The translations under genes were made by a program, and so were the position numbers. The notes under the pieces were generated by a model, which was given only the letters and a program-made list of their open reading frames with translations, did no database searches and was not told where the DNA came from. A stretch of 64,000 bases of DNA from Ignavibacteriota bacterium (lineage in GTDB: Bacteria > Bacteroidota > Ignavibacteria > UBA10030), in assembly GCA_963701295.1 (NCBI GenBank), contig OY969585.1, positions 192,001 through 256,000 on the forward strand, written 5' to 3'. This document shows, piece by piece, positions 22,694 through 33,189 of the stretch (within the stretch, counting starts at the first letter, position 1; each line of letters begins with the position of its first letter).

Positions 22694-25356
22694 TATCCGA
22701 GGTTCTGCGCGAGATGTATTATGAATTTCACATACGCACTCAGAGCATAGACCGAATCGTAATAGAAGAACAGCCCACCCAGTAGAAGAATACACACAAA
22801 GATTCCACCAACATAGGTTTTCACCAAGACCAGATCGTAAATCACAGAAATCCCCTTCAGTATCCTCAAGAATGTCCAGAAGAAAAAGAGAGACATAAGC
22901 ACGAGCGATGGAATTACATAAGAAGGATTCTCCATGATTTTGAACAGACCCATCGCAAGTGGACTCAGGAAAATAGCAGGCGCCGCACTCCACACAGAAA
23001 TCGAGTATACGTGAAACCATGAAACACGCGCTCTCACAAGCAAAGCAAATACTTTTATCAGGAAAGCGAGAAACATTCCGAAGAAAAAGAACATTCCAGC
23101 GAGCATCATGATGCCGGCAAACGGATGCCATGTTGCATAAATAAATTGTACTTTCAGCCAATCCCATACAAACAGATATGTGATGACGTAATCGGCGAAT
23201 TTATCTCCGCGATAATGATACATAATACTCGAGAGCAAGCATGCAAACGTCATAGAAATTGCGCTCGATAGAACAAGGGTATGCGCAATGGAAACTGCAT
23301 GCAGATCGCGCAAGTCAACAAAAAAATTATAGGAACGGGTCAGGGAGCGTTTGAGGCTTTCGCCAAATCTGCGGTTCGTGGATTCGTAACCGATGAGAAG
23401 AATCACAAACAGTCCCATGAGTACATGTGACCAAGGAAAACTTACACGATAGTTGCCAGCAGGAATGGCGGCAATCCGTTCTTCATTGTAGAGCGCACGA
23501 ACGGCTTCGTACGCGAGCCGTTTTTCCCTTGTCTGATTCAGCAGACCTATTGGATGAAGATAGTGATCACCAAACGGGAAGCTGAGAAGTGGACGATCAC
23601 CACGCCAATCCGTGAGAGCCGCTGCAAAACTGCCTGCCCCATTTGCTTCCTTGATTGCTGCATAGTATTGGAGATAGAATCGAGCTTGTGACTCCTGCGA
23701 CGATGGGTCGCTATATCCGTTCCGATTCTCCTGATCCACTTCTTTCCCGTAACTCAGAATAATCAATGGTTGTTCCGGGTGTTTCTTTTTCCATTCCGAC
23801 AACAACCGCCGGTACTCCTTGAGATCGGAGGATGGTACGACAATACCGACAAAATCAACGTACGATGCGCAGACATCATTTTTCGACATGCGAGATCCGT
23901 AATACACAGGACGACCATCAAGCTGGCGTGCGACGCCGCTCATGTTCTGAACAAATCCTGCGGCTTCTTCATCCGCAGAATCAAACTGATCACCAATGCC
24001 CCACGCAAGCACGCACGGAAAATGACCGTCCCGTTCTAGCATTTCTCGCATTTGAGTTTCGGCTAAGGATTGAAATGCTTCATCCTTCAAAATATCGGCC
24101 GGAACATTCCAGACTGGTATCTCCTCCAATACAGCTAATCCGTACCGAGTGCACAGGTCGAGCATATAAGGATGCGGCGGATGGAATGCAAATCGGATCG
24201 CGTTCGCGCCAAGTGATTTGATAAGGACGACATCTTTTTCCATTTGCTCGTATGAAAGAGACGCTCCGTATTTCGGTGAATCTTCATGCCATACAACACC
24301 TTTGAGTATCGTCTTGTTCCCATTCAGCACCAACGTGTTATTATCAACGCGCATGGATGCAAAGCCGATATTCAGATTGTATTGATCTATGATCGTCTTC
24401 TGTTTCTCATCTACGGAAATAATATTTGTCTTCAGTATGTAGAGCTCAGGACTTTCCGGGCTCCACAATTTTGGTCTGTTCACCGTGAGCTCAAGCTGAA
24501 CATTTGCATTCTTGTTTGATTCTAACAGAAACGGTGCAGACATTCCTTGCGCCACAAGGAGATCCGAAAACCGCTCGTACAGCTCTGCAAGTAAGAAGTA
24601 AGATACTTGTTTAGGTTTTGCTGAAAGTGAATCGCGATTTAAACCGCCGAATCGTCTATTGTTCAGAACACCATCGAGATGCACTATTGCTTGCTGCACC
24701 TCCTGGTCCACGCGAGTCTGCACATGCAGACGATCCACCCAGAGCCGCGGTGTTGCCAGCAAATAGATATCGCGCAAAATGCCGCCGTAATTCTTCCATC
24801 CCCATATATGTTTGCGAACCGGCAATGTACCAAATGCATTGAGCCGATTGTTTACCATTACTTTGACAGTGTTTTCCTTCCCAATTTGAAGCGCATCTTC
24901 CGGAATCTCAAACTCAAAACTCGTATATCCGCCGACGTGCTTTCCCACGTATACATCATTGATATAGATTTCACACTCATAATTAATTCCAAGCGCAACA
25001 AATTTGAACGCAAAATTATTTAGAAGTTCCTCGTTCAGTGTAAATGTGCGACGAAACGTCATCCGTCCTTCATAATCGATCGAACTGGGAACTTTTATTT
25101 CATTCCATATTTCATCGTTGAGGGAAAACTGCCACTTCCCCGCTAAATCGATTTTTTTCCGTGTGGGCGAATCGAGGTGAATTCCTGCGTCCAGCCCTTC
25201 TAATGTTGGCTGGCCGTTTGTAAGAACGAGCGGCATACCACATACTATCGTGCTGAGAACTATAACAGCTGAGAGTGTGAGGAATGTAAAGAAAATCCTG
25301 AAAATATGAGGTTTTTTTGCCAATTCGATGAACTTACTGTGCGCGGAAGTTGCCAC
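22693..25356 (-). CDS. GH2-like domain fused to a C-terminal multi-pass membrane domain
   Basis: H.GGYTSFEF, YGGILRDIYL, PKLWSPESPELY, GANAIRFAFHPP; hydrophobic C-terminus; catalytic Glu positions appear altered. Confidence 0.85.
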   Translation of the reverse strand: MATSAHSKFIELAKKPHIFRIFFTFLTLSAVIVLSTIVCGMPLVLTNGQPTLEGLDAGIHLDSPTRKKIDLAGKWQFSLNDEIWNEIKVPSSIDYEGRMTFRRTFTLNEELLNNFAFKFVALGINYECEIYINDVYVGKHVGGYTSFEFEIPEDALQIGKENTVKVMVNNRLNAFGTLPVRKHIWGWKNYGGILRDIYLLATPRLWVDRLHVQTRVDQEVQQAIVHLDGVLNNRRFGGLNRDSLSAKPKQVSYFLLAELYERFSDLLVAQGMSAPFLLESNKNANVQLELTVNRPKLWSPESPELYILKTNIISVDEKQKTIIDQYNLNIGFASMRVDNNTLVLNGNKTILKGVVWHEDSPKYGASLSYEQMEKDVVLIKSLGANAIRFAFHPPHPYMLDLCTRYGLAVLEEIPVWNVPADILKDEAFQSLAETQMREMLERDGHFPCVLAWGIGDQFDSADEEAAGFVQNMSGVARQLDGRPVYYGSRMSKNDVCASYVDFVGIVVPSSDLKEYRRLLSEWKKKHPEQPLIILSYGKEVDQENRNGYSDPSSQESQARFYLQYYAAIKEANGAGSFAAALTDWRGDRPLLSFPFGDHYLHPIGLLNQTREKRLAYEAVRALYNEERIAAIPAGNYRVSFPWSHVLMGLFVILLIGYESTNRRFGESLKRSLTRSYNFFVDLRDLHAVSIAHTLVLSSAISMTFACLLSSIMYHYRGDKFADYVITYLFVWDWLKVQFIYATWHPFAGIMMLAGMFFFFGMFLAFLIKVFALLVRARVSWFHVYSISVWSAAPAIFLSPLAMGLFKIMENPSYVIPSLVLMSLFFFWTFLRILKGISVIYDLVLVKTYVGGIFVCILLLGGLFFYYDSVYALSAYVKFIIHLAQNLG

Positions 25357-25563
25357 TGATTAAGGCGGCATCGCTCATAATAAATTTAAATATAATACAT
25401 AATGCCAGCGAAAGCAATGGAATTCCCAGTCCTTTTGTGGTTTTTCTGCTGAATGTTTACTATGATAGCACTGAAAAAATATTGCGAGTTGACCTCTTTT
25501 TTTCTCCATCTTCATTTGTTGAGCGGTTATTATAGTGATTCAGCATCAGAAAGTGAGACGCTT

Positions 25564-28137
25564 ATGACTCGACCAATTCTTTCCTATACCGTCGCCCCTT
25601 CCATCCCTCAAGAGCTCCAGTGTCTTCATGCCATTGCATATAATTTACTTTGGGCATGGGACCATGAACTGATGGAACTCTTCATGAGAATTGATTTGGA
25701 CTTATGGGAACGAACCAACCATAACCCTGTACAAATGTTGGGAATGATCAAACAGGAGCGGCTCAATACGCTGGTGCGGGATGATGCCTTTCTTGTACAG
25801 GCTGAACGCGCAAGCCGGCGTTTTTCAGATTATCAAGATGCCGGTTCAAGCTGGTTCCACAAAACTCATCCGGATGCAAAGAGTGGATGCTTTGGATATT
25901 TCTCTGCGGAGTTTGGGATAACTGAGTGCCTGCAAAATTATTCCGGCGGCTTAGGAATTCTTTCCGGCGATCATCTGAAAGCTGCGAGCGACTTGGGATT
26001 GCCGCTTGTCGGTGTGGGATTACTCTATCAACAGGGATATTTCCGTCAGTATCTCAACGCCGATGGATGGCAGCAAGAACGGAATCCGGAAAACGATTTC
26101 TATGGGCTTCCGCTGAAACCGGCGCTTGACTCTGAAGGAAAACAAAAAACCATCTCTGTGGATTTTCCGGGCCGTCAGGTTACCGCCCAGATTTGGCAAG
26201 TACAGGTTGGACGAGTAACGCTCAATCTTCTCGATACGAACATTCCTCAGAATTCTCAGGAAGATCAGGATATTACCGATCAGCTGTACGGCGGCGACCG
26301 AGAAATGCGTATGAAACAAGAAATTCTATTGGGCATCGGCGGATACCGCGCACTCAAAGCACTCGGGCTGAAACCGGCTGTCTATCATTTAAACGAAGGG
26401 CACTCTTCCTTCCTGACATTAGAACATTGCCGAGATCTCATGCATGAATATCACATTACGTTTGCAGAAGCACGTGAACAAACGATTGCAAGCACTGTCT
26501 TTACCACGCATACACCTGTGCCGGCCGGTAATGATTACTTTGACCCGAACCTAATGGAGAAGTACTTTGGTCATTACTATAAAGAATTAGGGCTTTCCAC
26601 GATAGAATTTCATGGACTCGGACGTGAAAATCCAAACAACGCAGCTGAAAGTTTTTGTATGACCATTCTCGCGTTTAAGATGTCTGGGCACAGCAACGGT
26701 GTGAGCAAGCTGCACGGAAAAGTATCGAGAGAGATGTGGAAAAACGTGTGGCCCGGAGTTCCGGTACAGGATGTTCCTATCATCTCCATCACCAATGGTG
26801 TGCATGCGCCATCCTGGATCAGCCGCGATATGGCGGGACTATTAGATCGGTACCTTAGTCCCGGTTGGCGTGAAGACGCGGGCCAACAGTATGGACTCTG
26901 GGGTAGAGTGCATCAAATTCCGGATGAAGAACTTTGGCGTACTCATGAACGCCGCCGCGAGCGACTTGTTGCCTTCGCGCGCAATCGTCTTCGAACTCAG
27001 CTTGAAGCCCGCGGTGCTACTCCTTCGGAGGTGGCACAGGCGAACGAGATACTTAGACCGGAGGCGCTCACGATCGGCTTCTCACGGCGCTTTGCGACCT
27101 ATAAGCGCGCGACGCTCCTTTTGCGCAATCCTGAACGCTTGATAAAAATTCTCACGGATAAGGAACGGCCCGTTCAATTCATCTTTGCCGGCAAAGCACA
27201 TCCGAATGATAATCCTGGCAAAGAGTTGATTCGTCAAATCATACATTTCGAACGCCTTCCGGAAGCACGCAGGCGGATGGTATTCATAGAAGATTACGAT
27301 ATCGTCGTTGCCCGTTACCTTGTTCAAGGTGTCGATGTCTGGCTGAACACACCGCTCCGCCCGATGGAAGCCAGCGGCACGAGCGGCATGAAGGCAACAT
27401 TGAACGGCGCTATCAATGTCAGCATCTTGGACGGCTGGTGGGCTGAAGCATTCAACCCGAACACCGGTTGGGCTATCGGCCGCGGCGAAGAGTATCGCGA
27501 CGAAGAGTATCAGAATGAAGTGGAGTCAAACGCGCTCTTCGATCTCCTCGAAAAGGAAATCATTCCGTTGTTCTACACCCGCACAACAGACGATCTTCCG
27601 CGTCCATGGATTGCTAAAATGAAAAGCGCCATGCGCGCTATTGGACCGTATTTCAATACAAACCGGATGGTACGCCAATATGCAGAAGAGATGTATTTGC
27701 CGGCACTTCAACGCGCTGAGATTCTTTCCAAAGACAATTTTGAACATGCAAAACAGCTTGCCGCGTGGAAGCAAAATCTGCGCGCGAATTGGAGTACACT
27801 CAAAATTCTCGAAGTGAAAAATGAAAAACACGATGGTTTCAAAGTCGGCGATCCTTGCGTTATCCACGCGTGGCTTGACCTCGGTAAATGTAAATCGGAT
27901 GATATTTCGGTTGAAATGTTCTACGGACCGTTAGATGCAAATGGCGATATCGAATCTCCAAAAACATCACCCATGCAGTACATCAAGCAAGCAGAGAACG
28001 GTTCGCATGAATTTACGGGAACCATTAAACTCGAAGTCAGCGGACGGATAGGACATACAGTACGTGTGCTGCCCAAGCATCCGGATATTGACAACCCGTT
28101 CCGTGAGGGATTGATTCTCTGGGCACAAAAAAAATAG
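25564..28137 (+). CDS. glgP: Alpha-glucan (glycogen) phosphorylase
   Basis: YSGGLGILSGD, HLNEGH, FTTHTPVPAG, EASGTSGMKA; ATG at 25564. Confidence 0.95.
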   Translation: MTRPILSYTVAPSIPQELQCLHAIAYNLLWAWDHELMELFMRIDLDLWERTNHNPVQMLGMIKQERLNTLVRDDAFLVQAERASRRFSDYQDAGSSWFHKTHPDAKSGCFGYFSAEFGITECLQNYSGGLGILSGDHLKAASDLGLPLVGVGLLYQQGYFRQYLNADGWQQERNPENDFYGLPLKPALDSEGKQKTISVDFPGRQVTAQIWQVQVGRVTLNLLDTNIPQNSQEDQDITDQLYGGDREMRMKQEILLGIGGYRALKALGLKPAVYHLNEGHSSFLTLEHCRDLMHEYHITFAEAREQTIASTVFTTHTPVPAGNDYFDPNLMEKYFGHYYKELGLSTIEFHGLGRENPNNAAESFCMTILAFKMSGHSNGVSKLHGKVSREMWKNVWPGVPVQDVPIISITNGVHAPSWISRDMAGLLDRYLSPGWREDAGQQYGLWGRVHQIPDEELWRTHERRRERLVAFARNRLRTQLEARGATPSEVAQANEILRPEALTIGFSRRFATYKRATLLLRNPERLIKILTDKERPVQFIFAGKAHPNDNPGKELIRQIIHFERLPEARRRMVFIEDYDIVVARYLVQGVDVWLNTPLRPMEASGTSGMKATLNGAINVSILDGWWAEAFNPNTGWAIGRGEEYRDEEYQNEVESNALFDLLEKEIIPLFYTRTTDDLPRPWIAKMKSAMRAIGPYFNTNRMVRQYAEEMYLPALQRAEILSKDNFEHAKQLAAWKQNLRANWSTLKILEVKNEKHDGFKVGDPCVIHAWLDLGKCKSDDISVEMFYGPLDANGDIESPKTSPMQYIKQAENGSHEFTGTIKLEVSGRIGHTVRVLPKHPDIDNPFREGLILWAQKK

Positions 28138-28295
28138 AATTCATCCGAGAGAGTAACTACCTCGGAACTTGCTCCAAAGTATTCAATATATTTTTTTGGA
28201 TGCCAGATTAATTTATTTTGGAATGATATAAATATTGTTGCAAGCTCACGCTTGCTTTATTCTCAGACCTCCGGCTGAAATCGAAACGTATACAT

Positions 28296-28558
28296 GTTCT
28301 TTCTTTTGTCTTGACACAAAAGGAAAGAACCAAAGAAAAAGTCAAGACTGACGAAAAATATGGAGTCGGAGACATAATATAGATACACGCTATAGCGTGC
28401 AACAACTTTAGACCTCCGGCTAGCTCCCATCGTTGACCAGAAAAAAACTCGTTCGCTAAAGCGAACTCAGACAATTTTCTGGTCGGGCACTTTGCTCGCC
28501 TTGTTTTACTTCCATATTTTTCTGAGGTCAATATAAAAGCTTTATCGATTTCGCGGGC
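28296..28558 (+). repeat. Structured intergenic repeat, copy 1 (MITE/REP-like)
   Basis: Near-identical to 31564-31855; nested stems (gaaaaatatgga/tccatatttttc, gaccagaaaa/ttttctggtc, gttcgc/gcgaac). Confidence 0.85.
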
Positions 28559-28846
28559 TGAAGAAAAAATCATAAAAAGGAAATGTCATACCCGTGGTTT
28601 TTTAGCTGGCATCCATGTCCTTGATTCCTTGGTTCTGGATTCCCGACAAAGGCACTCGGGAATGACTTGAAGAAAGACGAGTTGTCAAGATTGTTCTGCC
28701 ATGCAGACATCCGAATTATAACATTTCCTCCACTCTTCATCAACAAAAACAAATATCCTGCGATTTTCATAAACCTGTGGAGGTTCAAGACAAATATTCT
28801 TATCATTTTTACAAGTCCTCACTGAACACTTTATGCACAGGTCATT

Positions 28847-29758
28847 ATGAAACTATCTCTCCTCAATAAAATTCTTATTGCTCTTGGTGTTATTACCGCA
28901 GCGTCATTGCTTTTTGTGTGGATGGTCATGCGCCCAAAGTATGAAGCAACAGTTCTCGCCGAACGGTTCACCGTCATCCAGCAATTGCAGAAATCCTCCA
29001 TGGACGATCTTGATTATACTATCGAAGGTTGGTCTCATGTCCCGCGATTCATTATATCCCAAGTAACCGAGAAGCCGAACGAAGGAGAAACCATTCTCCG
29101 TATGATGATGACGCTTCACCCCGAAATTATTCAAATGAGAATCCATTCATCCGGACCTTCTGATGAACTCAGGAGCCAGAACACTTCTTATCCTTCGTTC
29201 AATGTGCAATTCTCAGACAGCGTTTGGGTGCGTGCAAAAGTGGACAGCACTCTTCACATTGCGTGGCTCAACCGGACAGAATTGCCGACGCAAATATTTG
29301 CTATGCAAACGGAGTTTCAAGTTCGCCAGATTCCCTTTGTACTGACGGTTATGTGGGATGCAAAACGACTCAATGATATTCTTGCGGGACTTCCCTTTGA
29401 CAAAGATTATTCCGTAAGCATTCACAGTTCATCAGGCGTCATCATGCAGAACGCTTCGTCCTTAAAATTTGATAGAGTTCATGCCTCGATAGACACGTTG
29501 AGCACTGTCCAAATCGTTCATGAAGGATCTCGTTCTTGGCGTATTCTTACGAGCGCCTTCCATTCTGCACAGCTTTGGATGGTTGTAGCCATCCCTGAAG
29601 AAATTTTTACAAAACCCGTGGAATATTTCTTGCTCTACTCCGCAGCATTGATCGTCGGACTAATGTTTCTTATGGCGATCCTCGGATGGCTGTTATCGCA
29701 CCAGATAAAACGATTCATAGAAAAGATGAAAACATGTGCCAACCCTGCCAGAGAGTAG
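28847..29758 (+). CDS. Membrane sensor fragment (TM-periplasmic Cache-like-TM) with no output domain
   Basis: Two TM segments flank a periplasmic region ending WMVVAIPE; the ORF stops ~20 aa after TM2. Confidence 0.6.
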   Translation: MKLSLLNKILIALGVITAASLLFVWMVMRPKYEATVLAERFTVIQQLQKSSMDDLDYTIEGWSHVPRFIISQVTEKPNEGETILRMMMTLHPEIIQMRIHSSGPSDELRSQNTSYPSFNVQFSDSVWVRAKVDSTLHIAWLNRTELPTQIFAMQTEFQVRQIPFVLTVMWDAKRLNDILAGLPFDKDYSVSIHSSSGVIMQNASSLKFDRVHASIDTLSTVQIVHEGSRSWRILTSAFHSAQLWMVVAIPEEIFTKPVEYFLLYSAALIVGLMFLMAILGWLLSHQIKRFIEKMKTCANPARE

Positions 29759-29886
29759 TGAAATCTCCCAAACACATCCACCCTAACGACGAATGGACAC
29801 TTGTAAAAAAAGCGCATGCATGGGATGATCGTGCATTCACACAGCGTGTGAAGCAGTACGAGAATCTTGTCTCGAGAGGCGCTTAG
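29758..29886 (+). pseudogene. N-terminal remnant of an ECF sigma factor
   Basis: [28 protein letters not shown] resembles the ECF D..LV..A..GD..AF..LV..Y pattern, then stops. Confidence 0.5.
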
Positions 29887-29891
29887 ACTTT

Positions 29892-31541
29892 ATGAAAAAT
29901 CTAAGCCTTCAACAAAAAATCGTTTATCCTATTCTTGGAGCATTCGCGCTCGTCACCGGCATTGGTTCTTGGTACTTTGTATCGGCACAAATCGATGAAA
30001 CCGAGTCGTGGTATCGTGAAGAACTCCGCACCTTGGCAATAGCATCGGGATATATGCCGCATGCAACGGCGGATGAATTTATGCAGACAAAAGGGCTGCG
30101 ATTTCACCGCATTTTATTATCGGGAAACTCCGGTGCAAACGGAAAGAATGAACTCGAAACGAGAGCTGCAGCGGCATTCAACAAAGATCCGAACCTCGAA
30201 CTCTTTGCCGAAGAAGTATCCATGAACGACACTGTGTTCATGGCAGTTTTTACACCGACAACCATAAAACCCGAATGCGTGACGTGTCATGCTGATTTCG
30301 ATATTCAAGGATCCTTCGATCGTCAGGAAAGGAAAGTTATAGCATTATTCGGGTCTTCCGGATCGATGGCAGAAATTCATGCCAGAGAAACGAGAACCAA
30401 AATTATTATATTCACCATTACCCTCCTTGTCATTGCCGGCCTGGGATGGATCGTCCATCGTTCTATGAAAGTGATTCTTTTAGAACCGATGCGCGAGTTG
30501 AAACTCCAAACCGAAGTTGTTGCCAACTGCGACCTCCGAGCAGTAACAACACCGGCTCTGGAACGCAAATTGACCTCTGACGATGAAATGGGCCATGTGA
30601 CCCGTTCATTTGCAACCATGATCCACATGCTGCGGACAACCATACGGCATATGCATGATGCATCGAATGAAGTTGCAGAAGCATCGACACAGATCAGTTC
30701 GAGTATAGAAGAAATCGCAGCCGGTTCGCAAGAACAAATGAGCCAAGCACATGAAGTTACCAAAGCAATAGAAGACATGACACGAACGATCATGGAGAAC
30801 AGCAGGAGTGCAAACGAAACAGCAGAGACCGCACGGAAAGCCCGCCTGACGGCGGAAGCAGGGGGAATCATTGTTTCGGCAACTGCGGAGGGCATGAAAC
30901 GGATCGCACAAGCAACGAGCAAGAGTTCGGAGATAGCACAGGCATTAGAGCGGTCAAGCAAACAAATTGGAGAGATCGTGAAGCTCATCAATGATATCGC
31001 AGACCAAACAAGCCTCCTTGCCCTGAATGCAGCAACGGAGGCAGCGCGGGCAGGAGAACAAGGAAGAGGATTTAGCATTGTGGCTGATGAAGTCCGCAAA
31101 TTGTCGGAGCGGACAATGAAAGCCACAAAAGAGATTGAGGTGATGATCAAAAATATCCAGCGAGAAACCGGGCGGGCAGTTGCATCGATGGATGAAGGAA
31201 CATCGGAGGTAAAAGAAGGAATGAAATTAGCGGATCAAGCCGGACAATCATTGCGGGAAATCGTAAAGATCTCACAAAAAGTAACAGATATGATAACACA
31301 GATTGCAGTATCGAGCGAACAGCAGTCTGCCACAAGTGAGCAAATCTCTCAAAACGTGGAGGTTATTCATTCTGTGTCGAAACAAATGGCCGATAACACA
31401 AGAGAAGTTGCCTCTGCTTCCGAAGGGCTTAAGCATCTCACCGAACAACTACAGGAGACGGTCAATCAATTCAAACTTGATGAGGATGAGCAGAATAGAG
31501 ATACACGGAATGTTGGGATTGTTCGGAAGCAGCGCCTGTGA
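29892..31541 (+). CDS. Methyl-accepting chemotaxis protein with periplasmic CxxCH heme motif
   Basis: CVTCH, HAMP (DEMGHV..SF..M), [26 protein letters not shown]. Confidence 0.92.
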   Translation: MKNLSLQQKIVYPILGAFALVTGIGSWYFVSAQIDETESWYREELRTLAIASGYMPHATADEFMQTKGLRFHRILLSGNSGANGKNELETRAAAAFNKDPNLELFAEEVSMNDTVFMAVFTPTTIKPECVTCHADFDIQGSFDRQERKVIALFGSSGSMAEIHARETRTKIIIFTITLLVIAGLGWIVHRSMKVILLEPMRELKLQTEVVANCDLRAVTTPALERKLTSDDEMGHVTRSFATMIHMLRTTIRHMHDASNEVAEASTQISSSIEEIAAGSQEQMSQAHEVTKAIEDMTRTIMENSRSANETAETARKARLTAEAGGIIVSATAEGMKRIAQATSKSSEIAQALERSSKQIGEIVKLINDIADQTSLLALNAATEAARAGEQGRGFSIVADEVRKLSERTMKATKEIEVMIKNIQRETGRAVASMDEGTSEVKEGMKLADQAGQSLREIVKISQKVTDMITQIAVSSEQQSATSEQISQNVEVIHSVSKQMADNTREVASASEGLKHLTEQLQETVNQFKLDEDEQNRDTRNVGIVRKQRL

Positions 31542-31563
31542 TTTTTTTCGTATTTAGGATGTC

Positions 31564-31855
31564 GTTCTTTCTTTTATCTTGACATCCCGATATCCATCGG
31601 GACAGACGCCAGGAAAGAACCAAAGAAAAAGTCAAGAGTGAAGAAAAATATGGAGTCGGAGACATAATATAGATACACGCTATAGCGTGCAACAACTTTA
31701 GGCCTCCGGCTGGCTTGCGTCATTGACCAGAAAAAACTCGTTCGCTGAAGCGAACTCAGACAATTTTCTGGTCGGGCATTTTGTTCGCTTTGTTTTTACC
31801 TCCATATTTTTCTAAGGTCGATAAAAAGAAAATAAATGTGCTGTCGATTTCGCGG
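31564..31855 (+). repeat. Structured intergenic repeat, copy 2
   Basis: Direct repeat of 28296-28558 with an extra tcccgat..atcggga hairpin in the first loop. Confidence 0.85.
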
Positions 31856-32065
31856 CCGCGGATAAAAGAAGAGTATATCATTCCCGCGATCGCGGGAATC
31901 TAATGGACATTATTCCCTTGCGTTTTAGTGATGCAATTGATAGATTACGAGCGCGCATAAAAAAGATACAGCGGCGAAGTATTTGAAGAAAGTGGGGAAT
32001 TATTGGGAGCTGTTGGAACAACGTACAACTATAGTGCCAGAACCCGTTTCATTATCACCAAATTT

Positions 32066-32178
32066 GGCTGCAGACCTAGCAGTCTCTCAAATAATTTATT
32101 CATGTCAGGCTGCAATATGCAGTCTAACACTCAAAAAAGCGTATTAGGCTGCGGTATGCAGTCTAATCAGAGTTATGC
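32066..32178 (+). other. attI-like integron recombination site
   Basis: GTTATGC core at 32172 complements GCATAAC at the end of cassette 1; preceded by GTCTAATCAGA and three ggctgc..gcagtct palindromes rather than an attC. Confidence 0.7.
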
Positions 32179-32374
32179 CGCACGGGCGGCGAACAAATAA
32201 AAAATGCATATACATTTGTAAAAGCGTTTTGTGGCACAAGAAAAAACATTTGCTGAAAAAGAATCATAGAAAGTTATCTTCCAAATAGTCTGTGATAGTC
32301 CTGAGAATGCCTATGAATACCTTTAATAGAAAACCACCAACAACTATCGCCAATACAATTTCAAAGAAAGATAA

Positions 32375-32839
32375 ATGATGGTCACTGGCATCCTTGGCTT
32401 TTTCATTCGTTTGTGGTTTAATATTTTGTATAGCTTGAATAAAGCCAAAGGGCAAGAGGCAAGAACTGCATATCTGAAGTTTAGAGAAACATTCACCCCC
32501 TTCGTTCGCCACTTGGAATCGAATGATGTTAATCTTAATAATCTCATTGCGGATACATTTTGTGAACATGATGATGCCAGACGTAATTTTATTTGGTGTG
32601 TCAAGGGATCTGGCAGAGAGAGATTCAATGCCAAATGGAAAAAGTACAAGGAACAATACGACCAAGTGGTTCAACTTGAGGAGTTGCGTAAAGCAAGAGA
32701 CCTTTCGCCTTTTAACAACGAGAAATTTGCAACGCACAAGCAAATGTACGATGATCTGTGGGAAAGACAAGATGAGAGAAGAACAAATTTGCTTAGAATT
32801 ATAAATGAATTGTTTGATGTCGCAGAAATCAAACTTTAA
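32375..32839 (+). CDS. Cassette 1 hypothetical protein (N-terminal TM, helical)
   Basis: 154-aa ORF enclosed by nested inverted repeats inside cassette 1. Confidence 0.6.
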   Translation: MMVTGILGFFIRLWFNILYSLNKAKGQEARTAYLKFRETFTPFVRHLESNDVNLNNLIADTFCEHDDARRNFIWCVKGSGRERFNAKWKKYKEQYDQVVQLEELRKARDLSPFNNEKFATHKQMYDDLWERQDERRTNLLRIINELFDVAEIKL

Positions 32840-33024
32840 TTCGTGATTATTCCAATTATCAAAAGAATTTAAAAACTGTGCCGCAAAACGCAAAACAATA
32901 GAATGTGCAAAAGAATAAATAACGGCTTTTATTTTCGCCGCCCGTGCAACAAGCAATGAGCACTTAATTAATTTTAAAGTTCTGTGAATTACTATTACCA
33001 TTTGAGCACCTTGAAAGTTATTTG

Positions 33025-33183
33025 GCATAACCAGCAACTCAAGCTGACGGTTGGAGCAAGGCGATAAATTCATGGCGCTAAACACACGTTATTTTTATGG
33101 CGCGGCAATAGACGTGTGGCTTGTTTCGTTGATTGCATGGCTTATAACTTTCAACACCGCAGCTTAGTTGCCGTCCGTTAGGT
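33025..33183 (+). repeat. attC 1 (159 bp)
   Basis: gcataac-cagcaactcaagctg...cagcttagttgc..gttaggt. Confidence 0.92.
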
Positions 33184-33189
33184 TGCGTT

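Noticed and set aside
22694-23167. 158-aa N-terminal extension of SMC in the ORF track
   Set aside because: It overlaps the upstream GH2 gene in another frame; the canonical start MYLSKL is at 22693.
28208-28573. 121-aa minus ORF and related 74-aa ORF at 31471-31695
   Set aside because: Both are read through the non-coding structured repeat and have no protein-like motifs.
31880-32052. Possible intI remnant on the minus strand (..MRARNLSIASLK..)
   Set aside because: Only vague resemblance to an integrase N-terminus, no clear start, no catalytic motifs; not supportable without a search.
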